Source: a virus
Taxonomy: Duplodnaviria; Heunggongvirae; Uroviricota; Caudoviricetes
Virus record (IMG/VR): IMGVR_UViG_3300022592_000245
Location: 1-64,000 of that record
DNA: 64,000 bases
Direction: 5' to 3' (one strand)
Part shown: positions 1-8,664 of the stretch, piece by piece
Numbering within the stretch: the first letter of the stretch is position 1
Layout of the letters: each line of letters begins with the position of its first letter
Notes under the pieces: generated by a model
Told to the model about the DNA's origin: nothing
The model's database searches: none
Seen by the model: the letters and a program-made list of their open reading frames with translations, nothing else
Made by a program: the position numbers and the translations under genes

Positions 1-478
1 GTTTGCAGCAATTCTTGCTATGTCATGCCTAATGACAGCATGTGACCCTGGTCCTGCTACTTCGACACAGATTGAACGTAAGAAGCAAGAAGAACTTAGC
101 CTCCAGGCAGTTACACAAGTTGGCATGCCAGCTATCGTAAACTTTGCTGAAAAGCGCATGATGAAAGACATTATGGAGTTGCGTGACAAGAACGTAGCTA
201 CTACAACTTATTTGGTTGGTATGAATAACCAATTGACTAAGGTATGTGATTCAGTCGGCTACGGATTGCCGTATGCTACTCAATATACTAACCCAAGTCG
301 TGTCGTGTATGATAGCGGTCACGGCAATGCTGTAATTCCGCAAGCTGATCCAAACGGGTTGTACAGCCCAGCAAGTGCTGACGGTACTTGGGTTCTGTGC
401 GTAGATCACAAAGATGGCAAGGCTAAGCCTGTGTACATCGAGCCACGTATTCTTGTTAGTCCATTTCCAATCCAATAA
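1..478 (+). CDS. 5'-partial CDS; hydrophobic signal-peptide-like N-terminus (…FAAILAMSCLMTAC), probably a secreted or lipoprotein product. The frame is open to the window start
   Basis: ORF 20..478 stays open upstream to nt 2 in the same frame. Hydrophobic segment followed by Cys near the N-terminus. No recognisable catalytic motifs. Confidence 0.4.
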   Translation, partial: FAAILAMSCLMTACDPGPATSTQIERKKQEELSLQAVTQVGMPAIVNFAEKRMMKDIMELRDKNVATTTYLVGMNNQLTKVCDSVGYGLPYATQYTNPSRVVYDSGHGNAVIPQADPNGLYSPASADGTWVLCVDHKDGKAKPVYIEPRILVSPFPIQ

Positions 479-488
479 AGGAACTTAA

Positions 489-1340
489 ATGTTTTCAATC
501 ATATTTTTCGTATTACTGGCAATTGTTGCCGCAGGAGCAATTATTGTATTGCTCGACCAAAAAGCACTAGGTATTTTAGCAGGTGTGCTGATCCTAGTAG
601 GTGGCATTACGTTTAGTTCGTTCACTGTTATTAGTGCGGGCCATACTGGTGTTATCGTTACGTTAGGTGAAGTGAATCCAAATGCACTAACCGAAGGTGT
701 TCATTTTGTGAATCCAATCAGCTCTGTAAAAGATGTTGATGTACGACTGCAAAAGGATCAACTGGCTGGTGCTAATGCATCAACTAAGGATCTGCAACAA
801 GTTCACACAGATATTGTTGTTCAGTATCGTTTGAACGCTGCAAAGGTTCCACAGATCTACAAAGAGTTCGGACTTAACGTAGATGAAAAGGTTCTTGGAC
901 CAGCTATTAACGAAGCGTTTAAATCGGTTACAGCTCACTACACAAGTGAAGAATTGATTACTAAGCGTCAGCAAGTTAGTGACGAAATTCAACAAATGTT
1001 GAAAGCTAAGGTTGCTCCGTTTGATATTGACGTAAGTGGTATTAGTTTGGTTAACTTTGGATTCAGTGCAGACTATCAGAAGGCTATTGAGCAGAAAGTT
1101 ATTTCTGTGCAACAAACTGCCAAAGCTGAACAAGACTTGCGTCGAATTGAAGTTGAAGCTAAATCACGCATTGCTCAAGCTGAAGGTGAAGCTAAGGCTA
1201 TTAGTATCCAAGCACAAGCTATTCAAAGCAACGGTGGTGCAAACTACGTACAGCTACAGTGGATTGAGAAGTGGGATGGTAAACTGCCAACTACTGTTCT
1301 TAATGGTAGCAACGGTATGATGTTAAACATGGGCAAGTAA
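489..1340 (+). CDS. SPFH/band-7 (prohibitin/HflC-like) membrane protein
   Basis: N-terminal TM helix (MFSIIFFVLLAIVAAGAIIVLL), then a band-7-like core. Ala/Glu/Gln-rich coiled-coil C-terminus (RRIEVEAKSRIAQAEGEAKAI), typical of SPFH proteins. Confidence 0.7.
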   Translation: MFSIIFFVLLAIVAAGAIIVLLDQKALGILAGVLILVGGITFSSFTVISAGHTGVIVTLGEVNPNALTEGVHFVNPISSVKDVDVRLQKDQLAGANASTKDLQQVHTDIVVQYRLNAAKVPQIYKEFGLNVDEKVLGPAINEAFKSVTAHYTSEELITKRQQVSDEIQQMLKAKVAPFDIDVSGISLVNFGFSADYQKAIEQKVISVQQTAKAEQDLRRIEVEAKSRIAQAEGEAKAISIQAQAIQSNGGANYVQLQWIEKWDGKLPTTVLNGSNGMMLNMGK

Positions 1341-1458
1341 CATGTGGCGCCGAATTATTTGGCAACCAACGGCAGGGTATTGGCTATTTTATGCAAGTGC
1401 CATTTACCTTGCCGTTGGAATGTATTCCACATTTGTTGAGAAATTTGCTCGATTTGAA

Positions 1459-1487
1459 TTGATTGAGTGTGCGTGGTTGTGTATAAT
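1459..1487 (+). promoter_or_regulatory. sigma70-like promoter TTGATT-17-TATAAT with TGn extended -10
   Basis: TTGATT at 1459-1464, 17-nt spacer, TGTGTATAAT at 1478-1487. Confidence 0.4.
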
Positions 1488-1545
1488 TGCTTTACCGTTA
1501 ATTTGTAATCCGCTGGCTCGCCGGCTTAATATGAAAGAGAATCAT

Positions 1546-1884
1546 ATGTTTGATATGTTCAAAAAGAAAAGTAACGTAGTTGCTTTTCCGGATATTCCGA
1601 AGACAGAAGTTAAAACTCCTTATACTCCTCCAGAGCCAGAAAAGCCTGTTACTACTTACTACCGTTTGGGTCTTACTAGCAATGGTCGTGTTAGTTTCCA
1701 AATGGGTTATAGTGAAATTACAATGAACGCTGGTGGTATTGATAATATGATCAAACAGTTAGAAGTGTTCCGTGATCAAGTATTGCAGTATGAAGACAAT
1801 GGTCCGGAAGATGATCCAGATGGTGGAGAGCCAGTACCAGTACCAGAACAAGAACTAGAAGTTAAAAGTAAAAAGGCAGCATAA
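1546..1884 (+). CDS. hypothetical protein, Pro/Glu-rich C-terminus. The start is uncertain. The ORF track begins at 1342, but that upstream portion contains a promoter-like element
   Basis: ORF 1342..1884. Internal ATGs at 1531 and 1546 lie downstream of the predicted promoter, preceded by aaagagaa. Confidence 0.35.
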   Translation: MFDMFKKKSNVVAFPDIPKTEVKTPYTPPEPEKPVTTYYRLGLTSNGRVSFQMGYSEITMNAGGIDNMIKQLEVFRDQVLQYEDNGPEDDPDGGEPVPVPEQELEVKSKKAA

Positions 1885-2049
1885 TGAATTTTTTAGATTG
1901 GTATAGAAATAATCAGACAGAAATTACTTGGTGGGTAATTGGCTGGTTGTGTTTTGCTACGTTTGATAATATAATACATGAACAATGGTTTTGGGCCACT
2001 GTTAACGCAGGGCTCATTTATTTAAATTTTAATTTTTGGAAACATCGCT
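1884..2049 (+). CDS. small Trp-rich membrane protein (54 aa), not in the ORF track
   Basis: ATG overlaps the upstream stop (taATGa). MNFLDWYRNNQTEITWWVIGWLCFATFDNIIHEQWFWATVNAGLIYLNFNFWKHR. The stop sits 1 nt before the clpP ATG at 2051. Confidence 0.3.
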
Positions 2050-2050
2050 A

Positions 2051-2671
2051 ATGACACGTTTAATCCCTACAGTTATTGAAACAGAAGCACGTGGAGAACG
2101 TGCATATGACATTTACAGTCGTTTACTTAAAGACCGTATTGTTATGCTTGACTCAGATGTTAACGAGCATACATCTAGTGTAATTGTAGCTCAACTACTA
2201 TTTTTAGAAAGCCAAGGCAATGAGGACATTACTTTTTTCATTAATAGTCCTGGCGGTTCTGTTACTGCGGGCTTGGCTATTTACGACACCATGCAATTTA
2301 TCAAGCCTGATGTAGCAACTTACGTACTAGGTCAAGCATGTTCAATGGGCTCGTTCTTAGCACAAGCAGGGCATCCCGGTAAGCGTTACGTATTGCCAGA
2401 GGCACGTACAATGATTCACCGCGTTAGTTCTGGCACACGTGGTACAAGCGGTAGCGTACACGTACAAGAACTAGAGTTTGAAGATGCAAAACGTGCCATT
2501 GAAGAGTCAATTCGCATTAATAAGCGTCTAACTGAGCTGTATGTTAAGCATAATACTGCGGGTAAAAAGTACGAAGAATTGTTTGAAACCATGAAGTTTG
2601 ATACATTCTTAAGCGCAGAAGAAGCTGTAGCCTACGGTTTAGCTGATAAAGTGATTGATAAACGCCCATAA
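2051..2671 (+). CDS. clpP: ATP-dependent Clp protease proteolytic subunit ClpP
   Basis: MTRLIPTVIETEARGERAYDIYSRLLKDRIV… Catalytic Ser context GQACSMGSFL, His context MIHRVSSG. Typical ClpP length. The track's 2036 start is a TTG; the ATG at 2051 gives the canonical N-terminus. Confidence 0.85.
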   Translation: MTRLIPTVIETEARGERAYDIYSRLLKDRIVMLDSDVNEHTSSVIVAQLLFLESQGNEDITFFINSPGGSVTAGLAIYDTMQFIKPDVATYVLGQACSMGSFLAQAGHPGKRYVLPEARTMIHRVSSGTRGTSGSVHVQELEFEDAKRAIEESIRINKRLTELYVKHNTAGKKYEELFETMKFDTFLSAEEAVAYGLADKVIDKRP

Positions 2672-2685
2672 AGTGCGTATATAAT
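2655..2685 (+). promoter_or_regulatory. sigma70-like promoter TTGATA-17-TATATAAT, followed by an inverted repeat (AGTACAC…GTGTACT)
   Basis: TTGATA at 2655-2660, 17-nt spacer, TATATA at 2678. The inverted repeat at 2684-2750 overlaps the RBS/start of the next gene. Confidence 0.4.
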
Positions 2686-2729
2686 AGTACACCCTGGGCT
2701 GCTATAAATAGTATGTCTAGGAGTGTACT

Positions 2730-3449
2730 ATGCCTTACTTCAATTGGGCTGAATTGGACCGCGATTCGTTGTACTCATACTTTTACTCTTTAAACAAGAG
2801 TATTGTGGGTAAATCATTGACTCCTAAAAAGATACAAAAACTTATAAGTTACCATGTTAAAGCATGGTTGCCTATTAAAGTTGTTAGTCATACTAATTCA
2901 GACAATAAGCGTGGATACGTCTACATGGGCGGAATGTATCATAGCGATTATGATAACAAGTATAAAACTGCTATTGAACTTAATCTGCACTATCATATTA
3001 GCGATACTACTCTAAAAATTACCGACTATCGTTGGAAACGTATGAGCTTACGTTTTGCTGACATTATGCTACACGAAATGATCCACATGCGACAGTTTCG
3101 TGCTAGAAATTTTAAATCAATTCCTGGATATCAAAGTACTGCTGAAATTACGGCAATTGCTCGTGAGCAAGAGTACTACGGTGACAGGGATGAAATGGGC
3201 GCATTTGCGTTCAATATTGCCTGCGAAATGATTGATCGTTTTGGCTACGATCCTACTACAATCAAACGCTATATGGATAGTGATGGTGCTAGAAGACACA
3301 AGAATAGTTGGTGGTACAACTATATGAAGTTTTTTGGTGGCGATCATAACCATAAAATCCTACGCAGAATGAAGCTCAAAATTATGCGTAATTTGGAAAA
3401 CGCCTACCTAGGCAAACCATTTAAAACCACTAACCACTTGACTTATTGA
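2730..3449 (+). CDS. HExxH zinc-metallopeptidase-like protein (SprT-like?)
   Basis: HEMIH motif (MLHEMIHMRQF). No other strong motifs. Confidence 0.35.
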   Translation: MPYFNWAELDRDSLYSYFYSLNKSIVGKSLTPKKIQKLISYHVKAWLPIKVVSHTNSDNKRGYVYMGGMYHSDYDNKYKTAIELNLHYHISDTTLKITDYRWKRMSLRFADIMLHEMIHMRQFRARNFKSIPGYQSTAEITAIAREQEYYGDRDEMGAFAFNIACEMIDRFGYDPTTIKRYMDSDGARRHKNSWWYNYMKFFGGDHNHKILRRMKLKIMRNLENAYLGKPFKTTNHLTY

Positions 3450-3466
3450 TAACTAGAGTGTATAAT
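3438..3466 (+). promoter_or_regulatory. consensus sigma70-like promoter TTGACT-17-TATAAT
   Basis: TTGACT at 3438-3443, 17-nt spacer, TATAAT at 3461-3466. The ligase start is at 3495. Confidence 0.5.
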
Positions 3467-3494
3467 ATACACTTAAACAGTTAAAGAGGTTAAG

Positions 3495-4816
3495 ATGAGC
3501 GATCCATGCTACAGCGTTATTTCTTCATTAGAAGATCACCCTTCGCGTTTGAATAAAGAAGCTATCATTTTGGCGCAAGCTGAAATGGGTAATAAAGAAT
3601 TCTTCGAAGGTTGTCGCCTTGCACTTGATCCAATGATTACTTTTGGACTAAAACAAATACCGGAGAAAACAAATGAAGATGGTCCTGGGCTACCTTGGGA
3701 TAGTTTTACTCTCGCTCTTACTGGTTTTGTCACTCGCAATGTCACCGGTAATACAGCGAGGACTATGATCGAAACAATGATGAACTCAGCTACTAAGCGT
3801 GAGTGGAATGGTTGGTATCGTCGTATCCTTATCAAAGACTTACGCTGCGGTGTAAGCGAAAAAACAATCAATAAAGTTGTGGAGAAGAAATATGCTGACT
3901 ATAGCATTCCTGTTTTCGGTTGTCAACTTGCTCACGATAGTGCAAACCATGAGTCTAAGGTTACAGGAAAAAAACTTATCGAAGTTAAACTTGATGGGGT
4001 TCGGGTTATCACTATTGTTCGCAGTGACGGCCGTGTCGATATGTTTAGTCGGAATGGTAAGGAGTTGGTAAACTTTCCACACATTGCAGAACAGATTAGT
4101 GCAGTAGTTAAACAAGACCCTCCACCTTACGACCTAGTGTTAGATGGTGAAGTAATGTCTAGCAGTTTCCAAGACTTAATGAAACAAGTACATCGTAAGA
4201 GCGATGTCCAAAGTGATGACGCCATTCTTAATTTGTTTGACGTTATTCCATTATCAAACTTTGAGGAAGGTGCTTGGGATAAAAAGCAATCGGATCGTAG
4301 CGACATGGTCTACTACTGGCACAAAAAGCATAAAGATACATTGCCTAATGTTGCAGTTGTTGGTCACGAACTTGTTGACTTAGATACTGACGAAGGTAAA
4401 ACTCGTTACAGAGAAATTAATGCCCAAGCTATTGCCGGCGGGTATGAAGGTATTATGCTTAAAGACCCGGAAGCACCCTACGAAGTTAAGCGTAGTGTAG
4501 CATGGCTCAAGTTGAAACCATTTATTGATGTTAGTTTAACCGTAGTAGTGTTGAAGAGGGTACTGGTAAAAATATCGGGCGACTTGGCGCATTTGTTTGT
4601 GAAGGTGTTGATGATGGGCGTACAATTCTTGTTAATGTGGGTAGCGGGTTTAGTGATGATCAGCGTGTGGCTTATTGGGCCAGCCGTGAAGATGCAGTTG
4701 GCAAAGTTGTCGAAGTTCGGGCTGATGCGATTACCCAAAATCAGGACGGTACTTATTCTTTACGTTTTCCACGATTTCTCCATTTTAGAGGCTTTAGCAA
4801 TGGCGAGAAAATTTGA
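3495..4816 (+). CDS. ATP-dependent DNA ligase. The adenylation domain is in frame 0. The OB-fold domain continues in the -1 frame after about 4548 (apparent frameshift)
   Basis: Motif I KLDGVRV (EVKLDGVRVITIV). Later WLKLKPFIDVSLTVV in frame 0. Frame 2 from 4550 reads VEEGTGKNIGRLGAFVCEGVDDGRTILVNVGSGFSDDQRVAYW…ITQNQDGTYSLRFPRFLHFRGFSNGEKI*, the classic ligase OB-fold C-terminus. Confidence 0.7.
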
Positions 4817-5048
4817 TATTAAAAGATCCATGCACAAGGATATGGTGTATGGATCTCTAATGGAACTTGTTAAGAATAGACAAGTTTGGCACGAAAGTAC
4901 AGTTAGTGTGGAATACAGCCACTTGACTGAAGACGGTAAGAATGCTATCATACATGTTGTTGAAGAATTGTTTCGAGGAATGCAAAACATTCAGCAACAA
5001 GAAATAAGAGAAGAAGCAAAGCAGCAGACCATGAATGCACTAAAATGA
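4800..5048 (+). CDS. hypothetical protein (82 aa). It is the tail of the track's 3495..5048 ORF, re-interpreted as a separate gene that starts at ATG 4800
   Basis: Frame-0 ORF continues after the ligase frameshift. MARKFDIKRSMHKDMVYGSLMELVKNRQ… Overlaps the ligase OB-domain stop by 17 nt. Confidence 0.35.
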   Translation: MARKFDIKRSMHKDMVYGSLMELVKNRQVWHESTVSVEYSHLTEDGKNAIIHVVEELFRGMQNIQQQEIREEAKQQTMNALK

Positions 5049-5290
5049 AGTACGTAAGATTAACTCTAATAGTTTGGGGAGCCCTCGCTACCTTTGTTGT
5101 TGTGTTAGGGTTAATGTCTAAACCAACTACCGAAACTCACGTGTTCTGTGCATATAACAGAGCATTTGTTGAGTTTGAAGAAAATGGTAAACGTTGGGGT
5201 ACTATTATGTTAGACTACCAAGGAAAACCTATACCGTGTACAGAAGATGATGTACGCGAACTACCAATTAATACAAAGGAAATTATATGA
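5045..5290 (+). CDS. small membrane protein
   Basis: TM helix LTLIVWGALATFVVVLGLM. ATGA overlap with the upstream gene. Confidence 0.4.
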   Translation: MKYVRLTLIVWGALATFVVVLGLMSKPTTETHVFCAYNRAFVEFEENGKRWGTIMLDYQGKPIPCTEDDVRELPINTKEII

Positions 5291-5658
5291 ACCCGTTTCG
5301 CGATCAAGAAAAATTTATGAAAGCATGTGGACAGACTGTTGATACATTTAATAAAGAACAATTTGCACTATACGTAAACTTGATTGAAGAAGAGTTTAAA
5401 GAACTCAAAGAAGCTATTAACAATAACGATCTTGTTGAAACACTAGATGCTTTAGAAGATATTTTAGTTGTTACTATCGGCGCTATTCATAGTGCAGGTA
5501 TGGATGGCGAAGGCGGTTGGAAAGAAGTTATGGGTACTAACTTTGCTAAAATCGATAAAGATACTGGACTTGTACGTAAACGTGAAGACGGTAAAGTTTT
5601 GAAACCAGTAGGTTGGGTTGCACCTAATCTAGAACCATTTGTGAAGAAGAATGTATAA
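5287..5658 (+). CDS. MazG-like nucleoside-triphosphate pyrophosphohydrolase (all-alpha NTP-PPase)
   Basis: Small acidic helical protein with EEEFKELKEA…ETLDALEDILVV, similar to MazG/HisE-type EExxE…D motifs. Confidence 0.45.
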   Translation: MNPFRDQEKFMKACGQTVDTFNKEQFALYVNLIEEEFKELKEAINNNDLVETLDALEDILVVTIGAIHSAGMDGEGGWKEVMGTNFAKIDKDTGLVRKREDGKVLKPVGWVAPNLEPFVKKNV

Positions 5659-5777
5659 AGTGAAATATTGGTTACTCGGATCATTGAAATCAAGGATGTT
5701 TGAAACACTAGACGAAGCAACACGATTTGCCGTTTATCAAGCACCATTTCAAAGTGTACACGAAATTTATAAAGTAT
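5649..5777 (+). CDS. small ORF (42 aa) not in the track, bridging two genes by start/stop overlaps
   Basis: MYKVKYWLLGSLKSRMFETLDEATRFAVYQAPFQSVHEIYKV. Its stop overlaps ATG 5776. Confidence 0.25.
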
Positions 5778-6351
5778 GAATATAGCACACTTGTTTCCAA
5801 CAATGGTAGGATCATTTGATTTTTCAAATGATCCTGAACTGCCAATACTGCTAGATATTATTAAAAAATATCCAACACAGGATCACATGTTGTTGAATGG
5901 CGGTGTAAGTAGTTATTATACCGAGACTAGAATTTTAAACGATCCTCGTATTGCAGGACTTCGTAGTCGAATTCAAGATAGCGTTAATCAGTATATTGAT
6001 TACTTAGGAGTTGCACCAGTTGAACTAGGAGTTAGTTGGTTTAACTTGCTCGGAGAAGGTAATCGAGTCAATCCACACCGTCATGAAATTAGTGTTGTTA
6101 GTGGTGCGTTCTATGTAGAAGCAGACGAAGGTAGTGTCGGCTTAACATTTAATTCACCTCTTGCTCCGTTGCGTATGTATGAATTTGTACAAAATGTTAA
6201 TGAACTTAACAATAATTTTTTTACAATGCCTTGTAAAACAGGATTACTATGCTTGTTTCCATCATGGTTAGAACATTTTACTAACATGAATGAAACAAAA
6301 AATAGAATCACGGTCAGTTTTAATACAACATATAGATTTGGAATAAGTTAA
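5776..6351 (+). CDS. putative 2OG-Fe(II) oxygenase-like protein (phage-associated family)
   Basis: Candidate HxD/E…H iron triad around NRVNPHRHEISVVSGAFYVEADEGS and …SWLEHF. Size and composition match the phage '2OG-Fe(II) oxygenase' family. Confidence 0.35.
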   Translation: MNIAHLFPTMVGSFDFSNDPELPILLDIIKKYPTQDHMLLNGGVSSYYTETRILNDPRIAGLRSRIQDSVNQYIDYLGVAPVELGVSWFNLLGEGNRVNPHRHEISVVSGAFYVEADEGSVGLTFNSPLAPLRMYEFVQNVNELNNNFFTMPCKTGLLCLFPSWLEHFTNMNETKNRITVSFNTTYRFGIS

Positions 6352-6353
6352 AA

Positions 6354-7187
6354 ATGCGTAATCATTATTGGACATGTAGTAAGTTTGCCGACTGGGTTCG
6401 TGGAATTCCAAAGGGCGAAGCTAAGACTAGCGAAGGTTGGGACAACTGGCACAAGCTCGCAGGACAGAGCAAAGTACGCTATTGGTTGGCTGAAGAAGGA
6501 TTAGACTATGCTCAAAAGATTGTTTTCTGGATTCCAGATACACTCCATTCCATTAAGTACTATATTAATAACCGTTGGGTTACTCGTACTCACGCTCTTA
6601 CTGCCCATCCTCGCGATATTAAACCTGGGACTTGGCACGATGTGGGAGGTCGCATTTTGCCTTGCCTATTTAATGAGCTACAGGATTTTGTGGAAGTGGA
6701 ACTCGCCTGGTGGCACATCGCCTGGGCAGACGAAGAAGAGCGAGCAAAATACAAAGTTCCATTCTGGGCAACAGGATGGTGGCGCTGGCGCACATGGCGT
6801 TGTCCGCAAGCTGGATTGGACAACCTCGAGTGGCAACGACAGCTTCGTTGGCAAGAAGACGAAGTCGGCCCTGACTCGGCTAACCTGGGAAAACTTACAC
6901 CACAGGCCGTTAAGGCACAAGAAATTCTTGATCTTTATACCTGGTGGACACAAACATATCGTAATCGTCCAGACCCTTACGAAGCAAGTGGTTGGAGTGC
7001 TTACTGTGCAGCAAGCCGTGAAGCTAACGGTGGCAAACTAGGGTGGGGGATTGATAAGAGTGCTGAACTCAAAAAGATGAGTAGCATTGCTATGAAGAAG
7101 CTACGCAAGATGGAAGCCGACTGCGAAAAAGAAGACGAAGCTATGATGATTCGTCTTATTAAAGTTCGACACGGACTATGGACATAG
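6354..7187 (+). CDS. hypothetical Trp/Arg-rich protein
   Basis: 277-aa ORF, W-rich (WATGWWRWRTWRCP). No recognised motif. Confidence 0.45.
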   Translation: MRNHYWTCSKFADWVRGIPKGEAKTSEGWDNWHKLAGQSKVRYWLAEEGLDYAQKIVFWIPDTLHSIKYYINNRWVTRTHALTAHPRDIKPGTWHDVGGRILPCLFNELQDFVEVELAWWHIAWADEEERAKYKVPFWATGWWRWRTWRCPQAGLDNLEWQRQLRWQEDEVGPDSANLGKLTPQAVKAQEILDLYTWWTQTYRNRPDPYEASGWSAYCAASREANGGKLGWGIDKSAELKKMSSIAMKKLRKMEADCEKEDEAMMIRLIKVRHGLWT

Positions 7188-7399
7188 ACGTAGTAATAGA
7201 CAGCGGACAGTACAGAGCCGAAGTATGGGAGCCAATGACTCCGGGTTGGGAATTTAGAGAACCATACCCGGAAGAAGTCTATATAGAAATAAATCAGTGG
7301 TGCATGGATACACTTAAATACCATGCTCGCACAGCATATCATATATTTGATTTTAAAAATCAAAAGGATTTAGAATGGTTTCTCTTAAGGTGGTCGTAG
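7178..7399 (+). CDS. hypothetical small acidic protein
   Basis: 73-aa ORF that overlaps both neighbours. Confidence 0.3.
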   Translation: MDIDVVIDSGQYRAEVWEPMTPGWEFREPYPEEVYIEINQWCMDTLKYHARTAYHIFDFKNQKDLEWFLLRWS

Positions 7400-8664
7400 A
7401 AAATATTAAACGTAGATATAAAAAATATTCTAATAATCGAGTAAAAATGGAATCTGGAACAATTTGCGCATTGCCGTGGGTACACTTAAACATTATACCT
7501 AGAGGCAAAGTATATCACTGCTGCATGACTACAAACTATAAAGAGTTTGCAGGGGATCTTACGACACAAACTCTTGAAGAAGTGTGGAACGGCGATCATA
7601 TGAAAAGTATTCGCAAGGATATGATTAGCGGTGTTGAACCAAAGGCTTGCAGTAAATGCTTTGAAGCAGAACGTAGTTCCGGTACTAGCACAAGAATACA
7701 CCACAACAAGTACTTTAGTAAAAAATTAGCAGAGATTCCTGTTATTACAGCGCCAGACGGACACGTCGACAATGTCGACTTAAAGTATTGGGATTTCCGT
7801 TTCAGTAACCTATGTAACTACAAGTGTCGCACTTGTGGTCCAGAATTTAGCAGTGCATGGATTCCAGATTCGGAAAAACTAGGTTGGGTATCTAACGACA
7901 AAAAAGTATTAGAGATTAATAGCGTAGACCAATCCACTAACGTAGACTTCTTAAAAAAATACGTAGGTACTGTTGAAAAGATTTACTTTGCTGGTGGGGA
8001 ACCGCTACTAATGGACGAGCATTGGCAAATTTTAGAAATGCTTGATCAAAGTCAGAGATATGACGTAGTGCTAACTTATAATTCAAATTTAAGTAAATTA
8101 ACATATCAAAATAAAAATGCCCTAGATTACTGGAAGAAATGGGGGAAGAAAGTTTGGTTATGGCCAAGCATTGATGACATTGACGATCGTGCCGAACTAA
8201 TACGCAGCGGTACTAATTGGAAAAATGTAGAAGCAAATTTAAAAGCAGTGTCGGCTTTAAATATTCATGTCCGACCAAGTATTACTGTAAGTTGCATGAA
8301 CGTTCATAGAATTCCTGTTATCTTAGATCGATTGATCGAGATCGGTGTTATTAAACAGGAAGAAGAAAACTGGACTAACTTTTCAATTAACGTTGTAGAA
8401 TACTCTCCTAGATATCATGTTAGTGCGCTAAAGGATGAAACAAGGGCTGCAATTAAGCAACAGCTAGAAGACTATATTCTAAGTTACGAAAAAAGATTTA
8501 ACGTAGATATCCGTCCTCAGTTTTTGCATTTGTTCTGGCATTTAGATAAACCATTTAATGCAGAGAACGCTCGACAATTTAAAGAAAATACTCTTCTATT
8601 AGATAAAATAAGAAACGAAGATACGTTAAAAACAATACCCGAAATAAAAGAGTTATTTGAATAA
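7375..8664 (+). CDS. radical SAM enzyme with an N-terminal SPASM-like Cys motif (unusual domain order)
   Basis: CxxxCxxC = CNYKCRTC. GGEPLL glycine-rich SAM motif. The N-terminal 90 aa (CALPWVHLNIIPRGKVYHCC…LEEVWNGDHMKSIRKD…KACSKC) resemble a SPASM/twitch auxiliary-cluster motif. Confidence 0.7.
   Translation: MVSLKVVVENIKRRYKKYSNNRVKMESGTICALPWVHLNIIPRGKVYHCCMTTNYKEFAGDLTTQTLEEVWNGDHMKSIRKDMISGVEPKACSKCFEAERSSGTSTRIHHNKYFSKKLAEIPVITAPDGHVDNVDLKYWDFRFSNLCNYKCRTCGPEFSSAWIPDSEKLGWVSNDKKVLEINSVDQSTNVDFLKKYVGTVEKIYFAGGEPLLMDEHWQILEMLDQSQRYDVVLTYNSNLSKLTYQNKNALDYWKKWGKKVWLWPSIDDIDDRAELIRSGTNWKNVEANLKAVSALNIHVRPSITVSCMNVHRIPVILDRLIEIGVIKQEEENWTNFSINVVEYSPRYHVSALKDETRAAIKQQLEDYILSYEKRFNVDIRPQFLHLFWHLDKPFNAENARQFKENTLLLDKIRNEDTLKTIPEIKELFE

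Noticed and set aside
2036-2050. Track start of clpP at 2036
   Set aside because: It is a TTG codon. ATG 2051 gives the canonical ClpP N-terminus and abuts the upstream small ORF stop.
3536-4115. Antisense ORFs (3536..3871 -, 3840..4115 -) inside the DNA ligase gene, and the many 60-160 aa antisense or nested ORFs inside the giant fibre genes (e.g. 20435..20923 -, 28028..28369 -, 30394..30810 -, 33224..33457 -)
   Set aside because: They are fully embedded in long ORFs with clear protein-family signal on the other strand. They have low-complexity translations, no RBS context and no independent support.
4817-5048. Continuation of the ligase ORF in frame 0 to 5048 as one 517-aa protein
   Set aside because: After about 4550 the frame-0 translation loses ligase similarity. 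The OB domain is in frame 2 and stops at 4816. The remainder is treated as a separate small ORF (4800..5048).
6508-7041. Nested 177-aa + ORF and antisense ORFs inside the 6354..7187 gene
   Set aside because: They are out of frame within a longer ORF that shows consistent codon usage. There is no independent evidence.
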